Origin: Myxococcota bacterium | GTDB taxonomy: Bacteria > Myxococcota_A > UBA9160 > UBA4427 | Assembly: GCA_965250285.1 (NCBI GenBank) | Contig: OZ252299.1 | Location: forward strand, 1,952,001 to 2,016,000 | DNA length: 64,000 nt | Direction: 5' to 3' | Shown: positions 39,823-48,274 of the stretch, piece after piece | Numbering within the stretch: position 1 is the stretch's first letter | Layout of the letters: the number at the start of each line of letters is the position of its first letter | Translations under genes and position numbers: made by a program | The notes under the pieces: model-generated | What the model saw: only the letters and a program-made list of their open reading frames with translations | Databases searched by the model: none | Told to the model about the DNA's origin: nothing

Positions 39823-40979
39823 CGACCCGACGCGACCGCATCGAGATGGCCGATCTCGCGCGGCTCCACGCGCCGCTGCGCGACGACCTGCTCGCCGAAG
39901 CCGCCCGCGTCGTCGACGGCGGGCAGTACGTGCTCGGAGACCCCGTCGACCGGTTCGAACGTGACTTCGCTCGGACGCTCGGCACCGTGCACGCCGTCGG
40001 ATGCAACTCGGGCACCGATGCGCTCGTGCTCGCGCTGGCCGCGCTCGGCCTCGGCTCGGGCGACCGGGTGGTGTGCCCGGCCTTCTCGTTCTTTGCGACG
40101 GCAAGCGCGATCGCGCGGGTCGGCGCGACGCCGGTCTTGGCCGACGTCGACCCGCTCGACGCCAACCTCGACCCGTCGAGCGCCGCAGCGGCGGCCGCCG
40201 CGGTCGGCGGGGTCAGCGCCTTCGTGATCGCCGACCTGTACGGCCGCTGCGCCGAAGTCAGCAAAGTGCGCGCCCTCGCCGCGCGCGGCGGGGCCCGGGT
40301 GATCGAGGACGCTGCCCAGGCCATCGGCGCACTCGACGCCGACGGCCGCACAGCGGGCAGCCGCGCCGACGTCGGCTGCTTCAGTCTCTACCCCACGAAG
40401 AACCTGGGCGCGCTCGGCGATGGCGGCGTCGTGGTGACCGATGATGCGGAATGCGCCGGCGCCATGCGCCGCCTCCGCAGCCACGGCGTCGACGCCACGG
40501 GGCGTCACGCCGACATCGGCCTGAACAGTCGGCTCGATACGCTGCAGGCCGCCTGGCTGGGCGTGAAGCTCGCGTGGCTCGACAAGTGGAACGAGGCGCG
40601 ACGCAGCCACGCAGCCGGCTACCGGGATCGCTTCGAATCCGCGCTCGGCGACCCCGAACGCGTCGGCCTGAGGCTGCCCCGGCCCGACCGGGGGGACGAG
40701 CGCTCGGTGGCCCATCAGTACGTCGTGCGCGTGCCGGCCGAGCGGCGCGCAGCCCTGCGCCGCTACCTCGACGAGCGGGGCATCGCCAGCGCGATCTACT
40801 ACGACACGCCGCTCCACCGCGAGCCGGCGCTCGCCCGCATCGCCGAAACGCCCGTGCCCCTCATCGAGTCGGAGCACGCCGCGGCGACGGGTCTCGCGCT
40901 TCCGGTGCACCCGATGCTCAGCCCGGACGATCTCGACCGCGTGACGACGGCCGTCAGTGCCTTCCTGAAGGGCGCCTGA
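39819..40979 (+). CDS. DegT/DnrJ/EryC1/StrS sugar aminotransferase
   Basis: NSGTDAL, IEDAAQAIG, FSLYPTKNLGALGDGG, NSRLDTLQAA. Confidence 0.93.
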   Translation: MTTRRDRIEMADLARLHAPLRDDLLAEAARVVDGGQYVLGDPVDRFERDFARTLGTVHAVGCNSGTDALVLALAALGLGSGDRVVCPAFSFFATASAIARVGATPVLADVDPLDANLDPSSAAAAAAAVGGVSAFVIADLYGRCAEVSKVRALAARGGARVIEDAAQAIGALDADGRTAGSRADVGCFSLYPTKNLGALGDGGVVVTDDAECAGAMRRLRSHGVDATGRHADIGLNSRLDTLQAAWLGVKLAWLDKWNEARRSHAAGYRDRFESALGDPERVGLRLPRPDRGDERSVAHQYVVRVPAERRAALRRYLDERGIASAIYYDTPLHREPALARIAETPVPLIESEHAAATGLALPVHPMLSPDDLDRVTTAVSAFLKGA

Positions 40980-40987
40980 GGCAAGCG

Positions 40988-41749
40988 TCAGACCCGCGCG
41001 AGACCGGCCCGGACGATCTCGCGCGCGTATCGCAGCGTCGTGCGGGCGAGCGGGGTCTTGCTCCGCCCCGCCCGGCGCGGCGGATAGACGACCGGCAGCT
41101 CGACGATCTCGAAGCCGTGGGCGCCGAGCGCGGACACGAGTCGCAGATAGTAGTCGCCGTACCCGCGAAAGATCGCGTCGAGGGGCAGCTCCTCGAGCCG
41201 CGCGCGGTGCGCAACGAAGAAGCCGGCGAACAGATCGGTGGCCTCGACGCGCAACATCCGCCGGGCCAGCGCACTCATCGCGCGGCTGCCGAGCTGGCGG
41301 CCCGCGCTGTACATCCCGCCGCCGGCCAGAAAACGCGATCCGCTCACGATGGCGCGCTCGCCGGGCAGATCGCGCGCACGGGCGATCAGCCGGGGCAGAT
41401 CGTCGGGATCGTGGTTGAAGTCGGCGTCCATCACGACGACCCAGTCACCCCGCGCCGCGCGGATCCCGTCGAGGATCGACGCGGCAAGCCCCCGCTGGCC
41501 GCGTCGCTCGAGCACGCGAACGGAGGGATCCGCGGCGTACGTCGCCCGGACGAGGTCGGCGGTGCCGTCCGGGCTCGCGTCGTCGGCAACGACGATGTCG
41601 CTGGCACAACCCGCGCGTTCGAGCGCGTGCCCGACGGCTGCGATGAGCGCGCAGATCGAGCCCGACTCCTGGTAGGTCGGGAGCACGACGCTGACGCGCG
41701 ACACGGGCATGGGCGGCGCCGTGCGAACGATCGCCTGCTCATCCGACAC
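40988..41749 (-). CDS. Glycosyltransferase family 2 (polyprenol-phosphate mannosyltransferase-like); start may be 41710
   Basis: VVLPTYQE, DDASPDGT, MDADFNH, GSRF. Confidence 0.88.
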   Translation of the reverse strand: MSDEQAIVRTAPPMPVSRVSVVLPTYQESGSICALIAAVGHALERAGCASDIVVADDASPDGTADLVRATYAADPSVRVLERRGQRGLAASILDGIRAARGDWVVVMDADFNHDPDDLPRLIARARDLPGERAIVSGSRFLAGGGMYSAGRQLGSRAMSALARRMLRVEATDLFAGFFVAHRARLEELPLDAIFRGYGDYYLRLVSALGAHGFEIVELPVVYPPRRAGRSKTPLARTTLRYAREIVRAGLARV

Positions 41750-42836
41750 GGCGCGTGACCCGTCGATCGTGGGGCTCGCCGAGCGCCCAGCGGATCGTCT
41801 CGGCCACCCGATCGACGTCGTCGTCGCCCATGCGGGCGTGGGTGGGCAGCAGCGCCACGCGGTCGGCGAGCCCTGCGGCGACGGGCCAGTGGCCGGCGCT
41901 GGCGAAGGCAGGCTGCCGAGGCAGGATCGGCCAGATCGCGCGCGCATCGATCTCCGCCGCACGACAGGCGGCGAGCACCTCGTCGCGACGATCCACCCCG
42001 ATCGCATGCACCCACGTCGACGGGCTCACTGAATCGCCGGCCGGTCGATGCTCGACAGGCGCGTCGCGCAACACGGCCTCGTAGCGCCGCTGCACGCGTC
42101 GCCGGGCTTCCGTGAGCTCCGACCAGCGCTCGAGCTGAGCGCAGCCGATGGCCGCGGCGACGTTCGTCATGCGATAGTTGTGCCCGGGCTCGACGTGTCG
42201 ATAGGGCCGCGCGCGATGCATGCCGTGGCCGTTCGACACGCGCAGCCGCCGCGCGAGCGCCGCGTCGTCGGTCGCCACGCAGCCCCCCTCCCCGGTCGAG
42301 ATCGCCTTGCTCGCGTGAAAGCTGAACACCGAGGCGACCCCGAACGAGCCCACCGGCTGCCCGCGCAGCGCGGCACCGTGGGCCTGCGCAGCGTCCTCGA
42401 GGATCGGCACCCCGAGCGCGCCGAGCGCCTCGAAGTCGCACGGGTGACCGAGCAGATCGACTGCGATGATGAGCCGCGTGCGCGGCCCGATCGCATCCTC
42501 GGCGGCGCGCGGGTCGAGCGTCCACGTGTCGCTCGAGACATCGACGAAACGCGGTACGGCCCCGACGCTGATCACCGCATTCGCGGGCGCCGCGAACGTG
42601 AGCGCAGGCACGATCACCTCGTCGCCGGGTCCGACCTCGAGCGCGCGAAGCACCAGCTCGAGGGCCGCGCTGCCCGAACTGGTCGAGACCACATGCGCGC
42701 GGTCGATGCGCTGCGCGACTGCCGACTCGAATCGCTCGACGAATGGACCGACCGACGAGATCCAGCCCGACTCGAGCGCCTCGCGCACGTAGGCCTGCTC
42801 GAGCGGACCGAGGTCGACCGATGACAGCGGCTGCAT
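41739..42836 (-). CDS. DegT-family aminotransferase (perosamine synthase-like); start may be 42845
   Basis: SGWISSVGPFVERFE, EDAAQAHG, FSFHASKAISTGEGG, NYRMTN. Confidence 0.9.
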   Translation of the reverse strand: MQPLSSVDLGPLEQAYVREALESGWISSVGPFVERFESAVAQRIDRAHVVSTSSGSAALELVLRALEVGPGDEVIVPALTFAAPANAVISVGAVPRFVDVSSDTWTLDPRAAEDAIGPRTRLIIAVDLLGHPCDFEALGALGVPILEDAAQAHGAALRGQPVGSFGVASVFSFHASKAISTGEGGCVATDDAALARRLRVSNGHGMHRARPYRHVEPGHNYRMTNVAAAIGCAQLERWSELTEARRRVQRRYEAVLRDAPVEHRPAGDSVSPSTWVHAIGVDRRDEVLAACRAAEIDARAIWPILPRQPAFASAGHWPVAAGLADRVALLPTHARMGDDDVDRVAETIRWALGEPHDRRVTRRVG

Positions 42837-42925
42837 GGCCTGCATCGTACTACGGCGCGCGCTCCGCGAGACGGTCGATCGATCGGGTGTCGCGCTTCGC
42901 GCTCGGTTCCGCCGAGGCCCGCGCG

Positions 42926-43924
42926 CTACGACGCGCTGACTTCCCGCACGCCTGCTGCCACCAATCGGCGCTTGCGCCACGCGTCGGGCAGCGCCGCGGC
43001 GGCCTGGGCGTAGGCCGGCAGGATCGCCGGGTCGCGCAGCACCGCAAACCCGAGGCGCAGCCCCTCCCAGGCGAGGAGCGCCGGGAGCCGGCGCAGCAGG
43101 CCCACCCCCGTCTCGTTCTTCACGAGCTGCAGGTAGTGGTTCTTGAACGAGTGGCGGCGGATCCAGACCGGCGTCGCGAAGCGCGCCTCCTTGCGCCAGC
43201 CGCGCTCGTGCACTGCGACCGCAGCGGGCACGTACCGCACGCGCAGACCGAACCGCGCGGCCCGCCAGCAGAGGTCGGTGTCTTCGTGATACATGAAGAA
43301 GCGCTCGTCGAACACTTCGCCGTCGAGCGAAAGCCGCCCGAGGGCCGACGTTCGCAGGGCCATGGCTGCGCCGCTCACACCGAAGACATCCTCTTCGGTG
43401 TCGAAGCGGCCGTCGTCGGGCGTCTCGCTGCCCCGATCCCGCGGACGCGCGTGCGCGGGCAAGCGAATGCCCGCGCTGTCGACGAGCGTCCGACCCGGCC
43501 GCACGAGCTTGCCCCCCGCGATCGCGACTCCGGGCTGGGCGTCGAACACGCGGGCGAGCTGCTCGAGGTGATCGGCGTCGAGCACGATGTCGGCGTTCAG
43601 AATCAGTTGCAGTGCCGCCGGGTCGCTCCGCGCGCGGTCGGCGGCGAGCAGGACGTTGGCGGCGGCCGCGAAGCCGATGTTGGAACCGCACAGCCACTCG
43701 ACATCGGGATGGGCGCGCGCGAGCTCGGCTCGCCGCGCAGCTTCGTCGCGCTCCACGTCGGCGGGTTCGTCGGTCGACCCGGACTTCGGCTCGATCACGT
43801 CGTAGACGCGCACGTGCCGCGGACGCCGGGTCTGCTGCGCGAGTGAATCGAGACAGCGCGCGAGGTCGTCGAGCGCGCGGTAGTGCACGATGCCCACCGA
43901 GAACGGGGCGACCGACGCGGTCAC
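42926..43924 (-). CDS. Glycosyltransferase family 2
   Basis: NIGFAAAAN, LNAD, FDERFFMYHEDTDLCWR. Confidence 0.9.
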   Translation of the reverse strand: MTASVAPFSVGIVHYRALDDLARCLDSLAQQTRRPRHVRVYDVIEPKSGSTDEPADVERDEAARRAELARAHPDVEWLCGSNIGFAAAANVLLAADRARSDPAALQLILNADIVLDADHLEQLARVFDAQPGVAIAGGKLVRPGRTLVDSAGIRLPAHARPRDRGSETPDDGRFDTEEDVFGVSGAAMALRTSALGRLSLDGEVFDERFFMYHEDTDLCWRAARFGLRVRYVPAAVAVHERGWRKEARFATPVWIRRHSFKNHYLQLVKNETGVGLLRRLPALLAWEGLRLGFAVLRDPAILPAYAQAAAALPDAWRKRRLVAAGVREVSAS

Positions 43925-43937
43925 GGGCCCCCCGGCG

Positions 43938-45326
43938 TCAGTACGCGTTCTCGCCGGTCACGACGCCGCGCCAGAAGGTCATCACGAGGATGCGCAGGTC
44001 GAGCCCGAACGACCAGTTCTGGATGTAGTAGATGTCGTGATCGACGCGGTCGTGGAGCGAGGTGTCGCCGCGCAGACCGTGCACCTGGGCCCAACCCGTG
44101 ACGCCCGCCTTCACTTTGTGGCGCAGCATGTAGCCGGGGATCTCGCGCTTGAAGGTCTCGATGTACACGGGTCTCTCGGGGCGCGGCCCCACCAGACTCA
44201 TGTCGCCCCGCAGCACGTTCCAGAGCTGCGGGAGCTCGTCGAGGCTGAAGCGCCGCAGCCAGCGCCCGACCGGCGTCACCCGTGGATCGCCCTTCACCGT
44301 CCAGCCCGGCTTCCCTTGAGAGTCGGCGCCATCGAACATCGAGCGGAACTTGACGATGTCGAACTCACGGCCGTCGAGCCCCATGCGACGCTGGCGGTAG
44401 AAGACGGGCCCCTTCGATGTCGTGACGACGAGCACCGCGATCAGCGCCATCAGCGGCGCCATCACGCTCATGATGGCCAGGCTCGCGGCGACGTCGAACG
44501 CGCGCTTCTGCACCGAGGCCCAACCGACCAGCGGCGTGTCGCGCAGACCGATGATGGGCAGGCCCTCGAGGCTCTCGACCGACGCACGCAGGGTCATGAT
44601 GTGCATGAGGTCGGGCGCGAGCTTCACGCTCGCCGTCGTGTCGTCGAGGTCGAGCAGGATGTCGTCGAGGCAGTCGGTGTGCTCGCGAGGCAGCGCGACG
44701 ATGACCTGATCGATGCGGCGGGCGTCCATGATGCGGCGCAGCTCGTCGTACTCGCCCAGCCGCGGCACGCCCGCGACCCCACCGCCGTCGCCCACCACGC
44801 CGACGACACGCAGGCCCGCGGTCGGGCGATCGTGGATGCGCTGCACGACCTCGCTGGCCAGCTCGCCGGTGCCGACGACGAGGACGAAGCGCAGGTTGTA
44901 GCCCCGCCGGCGCATCTGACGCAGGGTGAGCCGCAGGGCGATGCGCACGCCGATGATCCCGGTCGGCGCGAGCGCGCTGAAGATCATGATCGTGCCGCGC
45001 GAGTAGTAGTAGCTGCGTGCGAAGAAGCCGATCGTGACGAGCACGAGCAGCGCGATCGCCGCCACGCGCAGCACGTCGACGGCCTCGTGGGCGATCGATT
45101 CGAGACGCTTGGCTTCGTAGAGGCCATGTCGGCGCAGCAGCCACCACCACAGCGGGCAGATGACGATCAGGGCTTCGAGGTAGCGCTCGGGCTCGGGGAT
45201 ACCGAGGGGCGCGGGGAGCCCGGCGTGGAAGCGGAGAAAGAAGGCCCCCACCCAGGCGAGCGCCACCAGGGCGACGTCGACCGCCATGATCGTCGAGCGC
45301 AAGACTTCGCTGTATCGGTAGAGCAA
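43938..45326 (-). CDS. Undecaprenyl-phosphate glucose phosphotransferase (WcaJ-like priming transferase)
   Basis: TTG start after GGGGGA; N-terminal TMs; [37 protein letters not shown]. Confidence 0.93.
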   Translation of the reverse strand: MLYRYSEVLRSTIMAVDVALVALAWVGAFFLRFHAGLPAPLGIPEPERYLEALIVICPLWWWLLRRHGLYEAKRLESIAHEAVDVLRVAAIALLVLVTIGFFARSYYYSRGTIMIFSALAPTGIIGVRIALRLTLRQMRRRGYNLRFVLVVGTGELASEVVQRIHDRPTAGLRVVGVVGDGGGVAGVPRLGEYDELRRIMDARRIDQVIVALPREHTDCLDDILLDLDDTTASVKLAPDLMHIMTLRASVESLEGLPIIGLRDTPLVGWASVQKRAFDVAASLAIMSVMAPLMALIAVLVVTTSKGPVFYRQRRMGLDGREFDIVKFRSMFDGADSQGKPGWTVKGDPRVTPVGRWLRRFSLDELPQLWNVLRGDMSLVGPRPERPVYIETFKREIPGYMLRHKVKAGVTGWAQVHGLRGDTSLHDRVDHDIYYIQNWSFGLDLRILVMTFWRGVVTGENAY

Positions 45327-45369
45327 CCGATCCCCCCAGCGACCGGCCAGCCGAATCGACCCGCCCGGG

Positions 45370-46605
45370 TCAGCCGAGCAGCTCCCTCGCATCCTCGTCG
45401 ACGGCGTGCCGCAGCTCGTCGAGGAAGTCGGGCAACGCCGAGACGACCCGGCTCCAGTTCGGAATCTGAGGCGCGCCCATCGGGTCGCGCACGAACTCGA
45501 GGCCGGCCGCCCGGAGCGCGCTCGAGAAGGTCTCGACCGCCACCTCCTCGGCGTGACGGTCGAAGAGCAGCCCGTTCAGCTTGGCATCATCACTGTAGCG
45601 CGCGATGGCGTCCTGAGCGGTGCGGACGTAGGCCGCGATCATCGTGTTCAGGAAGCCCGCGTCGAACTCGACGCCGTAGGAGGCGAGGTTTCGGATCAGG
45701 GTGGCGGCGATGTCGACCACCATGCGGTGCAGGCCGCGCTGGGCGTCGGATTCGCTCAGATCCTGGTGCTTGTGGTCGTAGTTCTCGACCAGCTCGACCT
45801 GGCAGACCCGCTTGAGCGAGCTGTTGCGGAACACCTCGGCCAGCACACCCACCTCGAGGCCCCAGTCGGCCGGAATGCGGTTGGCCCGCACGAGATCGGT
45901 CGTGAGCGAGCACTCCCCCGCGAGCGGATACCGGAACGAATCGAGGAACTCGAGGAAGGGCACGGGCCCGAGCACCGTCTTCATCGACCGCAGCAGGGGC
46001 GTCATGAAGAGGCGCGTCACGCGACCGTGCATGCGGTCGGTCACCCGGCTGTAATAGCCCTTGGCGAACTCGTAGTTCATGTTCGGGTTCGCGGTCGGGT
46101 AGCAGAGCCGGGCCAGCAGCTCGCGGCTGTAGTCGACGATGTCGCAGTCGTGCACCGCCACCACGCGGGCGCGCTGGGCCGCCAGCACGTAGCCGTAGGC
46201 GATCCAGGTGGCTCGTCCCTTGCCCTCGTCGCCCGCGTCGAGGCCCTCGTCGCGCAGCCGGGCGAACATGGCCTGCACCCGGGGCCCCTGATTCCAGACG
46301 ACCGTGGGCCGGTCGCGCTCGCCGCACCGGACGACGTTGAAGAGGTCGGCCATCTCGGTGTACTGGGCGGCATCGGCCGGCCCCGAGAGACTGACGACCA
46401 CCTGACCCAGGTAGGGCACCCGGGCGAGCTCTTCGACGATGCCCTTCAGCGCGGGGCCGTGGATCTCGGAGAAAAGCGAAGGAAGTACGAGCGCAATCGG
46501 CCGTTCCTTCGAGTAGGACACGAGCTGCGTCTCGAGTCGGTCGAGGTCGACGCGCCCGAGGCGGTGCAGCGACGTGATGACCCCGGTCTGATGGAAGTCG
46601 GCCAT
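45370..46605 (-). CDS. gpgS: Glucosyl-3-phosphoglycerate synthase-like glycosyltransferase
   Basis: MADFHQTGVITSLH, GKGRATW, HDCDI, GRVTRL, FRYPLAGE, DWGLEVG, YDHKHQ. Confidence 0.7.
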   Translation of the reverse strand: MADFHQTGVITSLHRLGRVDLDRLETQLVSYSKERPIALVLPSLFSEIHGPALKGIVEELARVPYLGQVVVSLSGPADAAQYTEMADLFNVVRCGERDRPTVVWNQGPRVQAMFARLRDEGLDAGDEGKGRATWIAYGYVLAAQRARVVAVHDCDIVDYSRELLARLCYPTANPNMNYEFAKGYYSRVTDRMHGRVTRLFMTPLLRSMKTVLGPVPFLEFLDSFRYPLAGECSLTTDLVRANRIPADWGLEVGVLAEVFRNSSLKRVCQVELVENYDHKHQDLSESDAQRGLHRMVVDIAATLIRNLASYGVEFDAGFLNTMIAAYVRTAQDAIARYSDDAKLNGLLFDRHAEEVAVETFSSALRAAGLEFVRDPMGAPQIPNWSRVVSALPDFLDELRHAVDEDARELLG

Positions 46606-46700
46606 GGGCGGCGAGGGTCGCACCCGTGCCCGGGGGGTGCAACCACCTCGCATTGCGGCGCATTCATGGCGTGGGTGCGGCGGCGCGAGACGCGCCCGCC

Positions 46701-47039
46701 TCAGGCCTCGATGCCGACGACCTCGTCGAGCAGCAGCTGGGCCTCGGGATCGATCTCATGAAATGCGAGGCCGACCTCGGTCGTGATCGGGTCGGTGTCC
46801 GTCGCCCAGACGACCTTGCCCGTCGCGACCACGGTGTGATCGCCGACGTTGAACGTGACCCGGAGCACGTCGCCCATGTTGATCTCGCAGCCCATCACCT
46901 CGAACGAGATGCCACCGGTCGAAAGGTTCTTGCTCACGGCGAGCTTGTCGCTCGCGTCGAGCTCGGCGAACGAGATCACCTGATCCGTCGGAATGCGGGC
47001 GTACTTGCGTCGTTCGTGGGGCAGCGTGCCGGTGGCCAT
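46701..47039 (-). CDS. PilZ domain protein
   Basis: RRKYARI (RxxxR) and NLSTGG (NxSxGG) c-di-GMP-binding motifs. Confidence 0.88.
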   Translation of the reverse strand: MATGTLPHERRKYARIPTDQVISFAELDASDKLAVSKNLSTGGISFEVMGCEINMGDVLRVTFNVGDHTVVATGKVVWATDTDPITTEVGLAFHEIDPEAQLLLDEVVGIEA

Positions 47040-47098
47040 CGTCGGAGCGTCCCTTGGCAGAGGCTCCCTCGAAGAGCGAGGGAGCGGCCGTGGGGGAC

Positions 47099-47126
47099 TC
47101 TTCGGATCGCCCGAACCGGGCCTTGA
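47099..47126 (-). promoter_or_regulatory. Putative sigma-28-type promoter TCAA-N16-TCCGAAGA (PilZ)
   Basis: Minus strand TCAA ggcccggttcgggcga TCCGAAGA, 60 nt before the ATG. Confidence 0.45.
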
Positions 47127-47188
47127 GGTGCACGCCCGCGGCAGCGCGCGAGAAGCGCGGCGGCACCGGCCCTGTCTCGCGCTTGCAC

Positions 47189-48274
47189 TCAGCCGAAGAG
47201 GTCGAGCTGGCGGTCACGCCCGCCGGCCGGCACGAGGCCGGCGACGGTGATCCGCACGCCCCGAGCCGGGGATCCGCCCAGCTCGAAGCGCTCCAGCAGC
47301 ACGCGAGCCTCGGCTGCGATCTCCTGGGCCGCCTGGAGCCCGCCGGCCGGGGTCGCGCTGCGCGTACGCTCCCGGCCGTCGCCGAGCCGCAGGCGCAGCG
47401 CGATCCGGCCCGCGCGCAGATCGTGCCGCGCGAGCCCCGAAGCGAGCGCCCGGGCCAGCTCGACGAGCGCGCGGTCGAGCTCTGGACCGACCTGAGCCGG
47501 CTGTTCCAGCGCCGTCTCACGGCTCAGGCTGCCCGGATGCCTCGAGCTGCGAACACCGCCGTCGGGATCCTTGCCGCTCGCGCGCTCGAGGATCTCGAGC
47601 CCGTGGTTGCCGAGCGCCTCCTCGACCGTCTCGACGGGCAGCGCGCGCAGCGCACCGATCGTGTCTGCGCCGAGCGAGGCGAGGGTCGAAGCGGTCCGCG
47701 ATCCGACGCCGGGGAGACGATCGACCGGCAGCGGATCGAGGAACGCCGCGACCTCGCCCGCGGCCACGATGTGGACCGCCGCTGCGCCCTCGCCCACGCC
47801 GGCCCGCTCGGCTGCGAGCCGCGCCACGCCCTTGGTCGGGCCCCCGCCCACGCAGAGCGGCAGCCCGGTCTCGGCCTCGACGCGTTCGACGAGCGCGTGG
47901 GCCAGGCCCCGGGCCTCACGGCCCACCTCACTCAGATCGAGGAACGCCGCACCCAGCCCATCCGCCTCGAGCCCCTCGACGTCTTGCCGAAGGGCCTCGC
48001 GCAGCGCGCTCGAGACGGCGCGGTAATGCGCCATATCGGTGGCGATGCGGCGCGCCTCGGGGCAGCGCTCGAGCGCTTCGAGCATCGGCATGCCTTCGCG
48101 CACACCGAGGGCGACCGCTTCGGGGCTCGCCGACTGCACGCGCCCGCGCTTGCGCGGGTCGCCGCCGACCAGGATCGGCCGGTCGTCCGAACCCGCGAGT
48201 CGCCGACGCTCGACCGCCGCGTAGAAGCCGGGCACGCACGCGTACAGGATCGCGGCCTCGTCCGCGTCGCTCAC
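47189..48274 (-). CDS. DinB/Pol IV-like Y-family protein lacking catalytic carboxylates
   Basis: FYAAVE, GGDPRKRGRVQSASPEA..GVREGMP, LPGVG, C-terminal QLDLF clamp motif; GTG start overlaps the upstream stop. Confidence 0.82.
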   Translation of the reverse strand: MSDADEAAILYACVPGFYAAVERRRLAGSDDRPILVGGDPRKRGRVQSASPEAVALGVREGMPMLEALERCPEARRIATDMAHYRAVSSALREALRQDVEGLEADGLGAAFLDLSEVGREARGLAHALVERVEAETGLPLCVGGGPTKGVARLAAERAGVGEGAAAVHIVAAGEVAAFLDPLPVDRLPGVGSRTASTLASLGADTIGALRALPVETVEEALGNHGLEILERASGKDPDGGVRSSRHPGSLSRETALEQPAQVGPELDRALVELARALASGLARHDLRAGRIALRLRLGDGRERTRSATPAGGLQAAQEIAAEARVLLERFELGGSPARGVRITVAGLVPAGGRDRQLDLFG

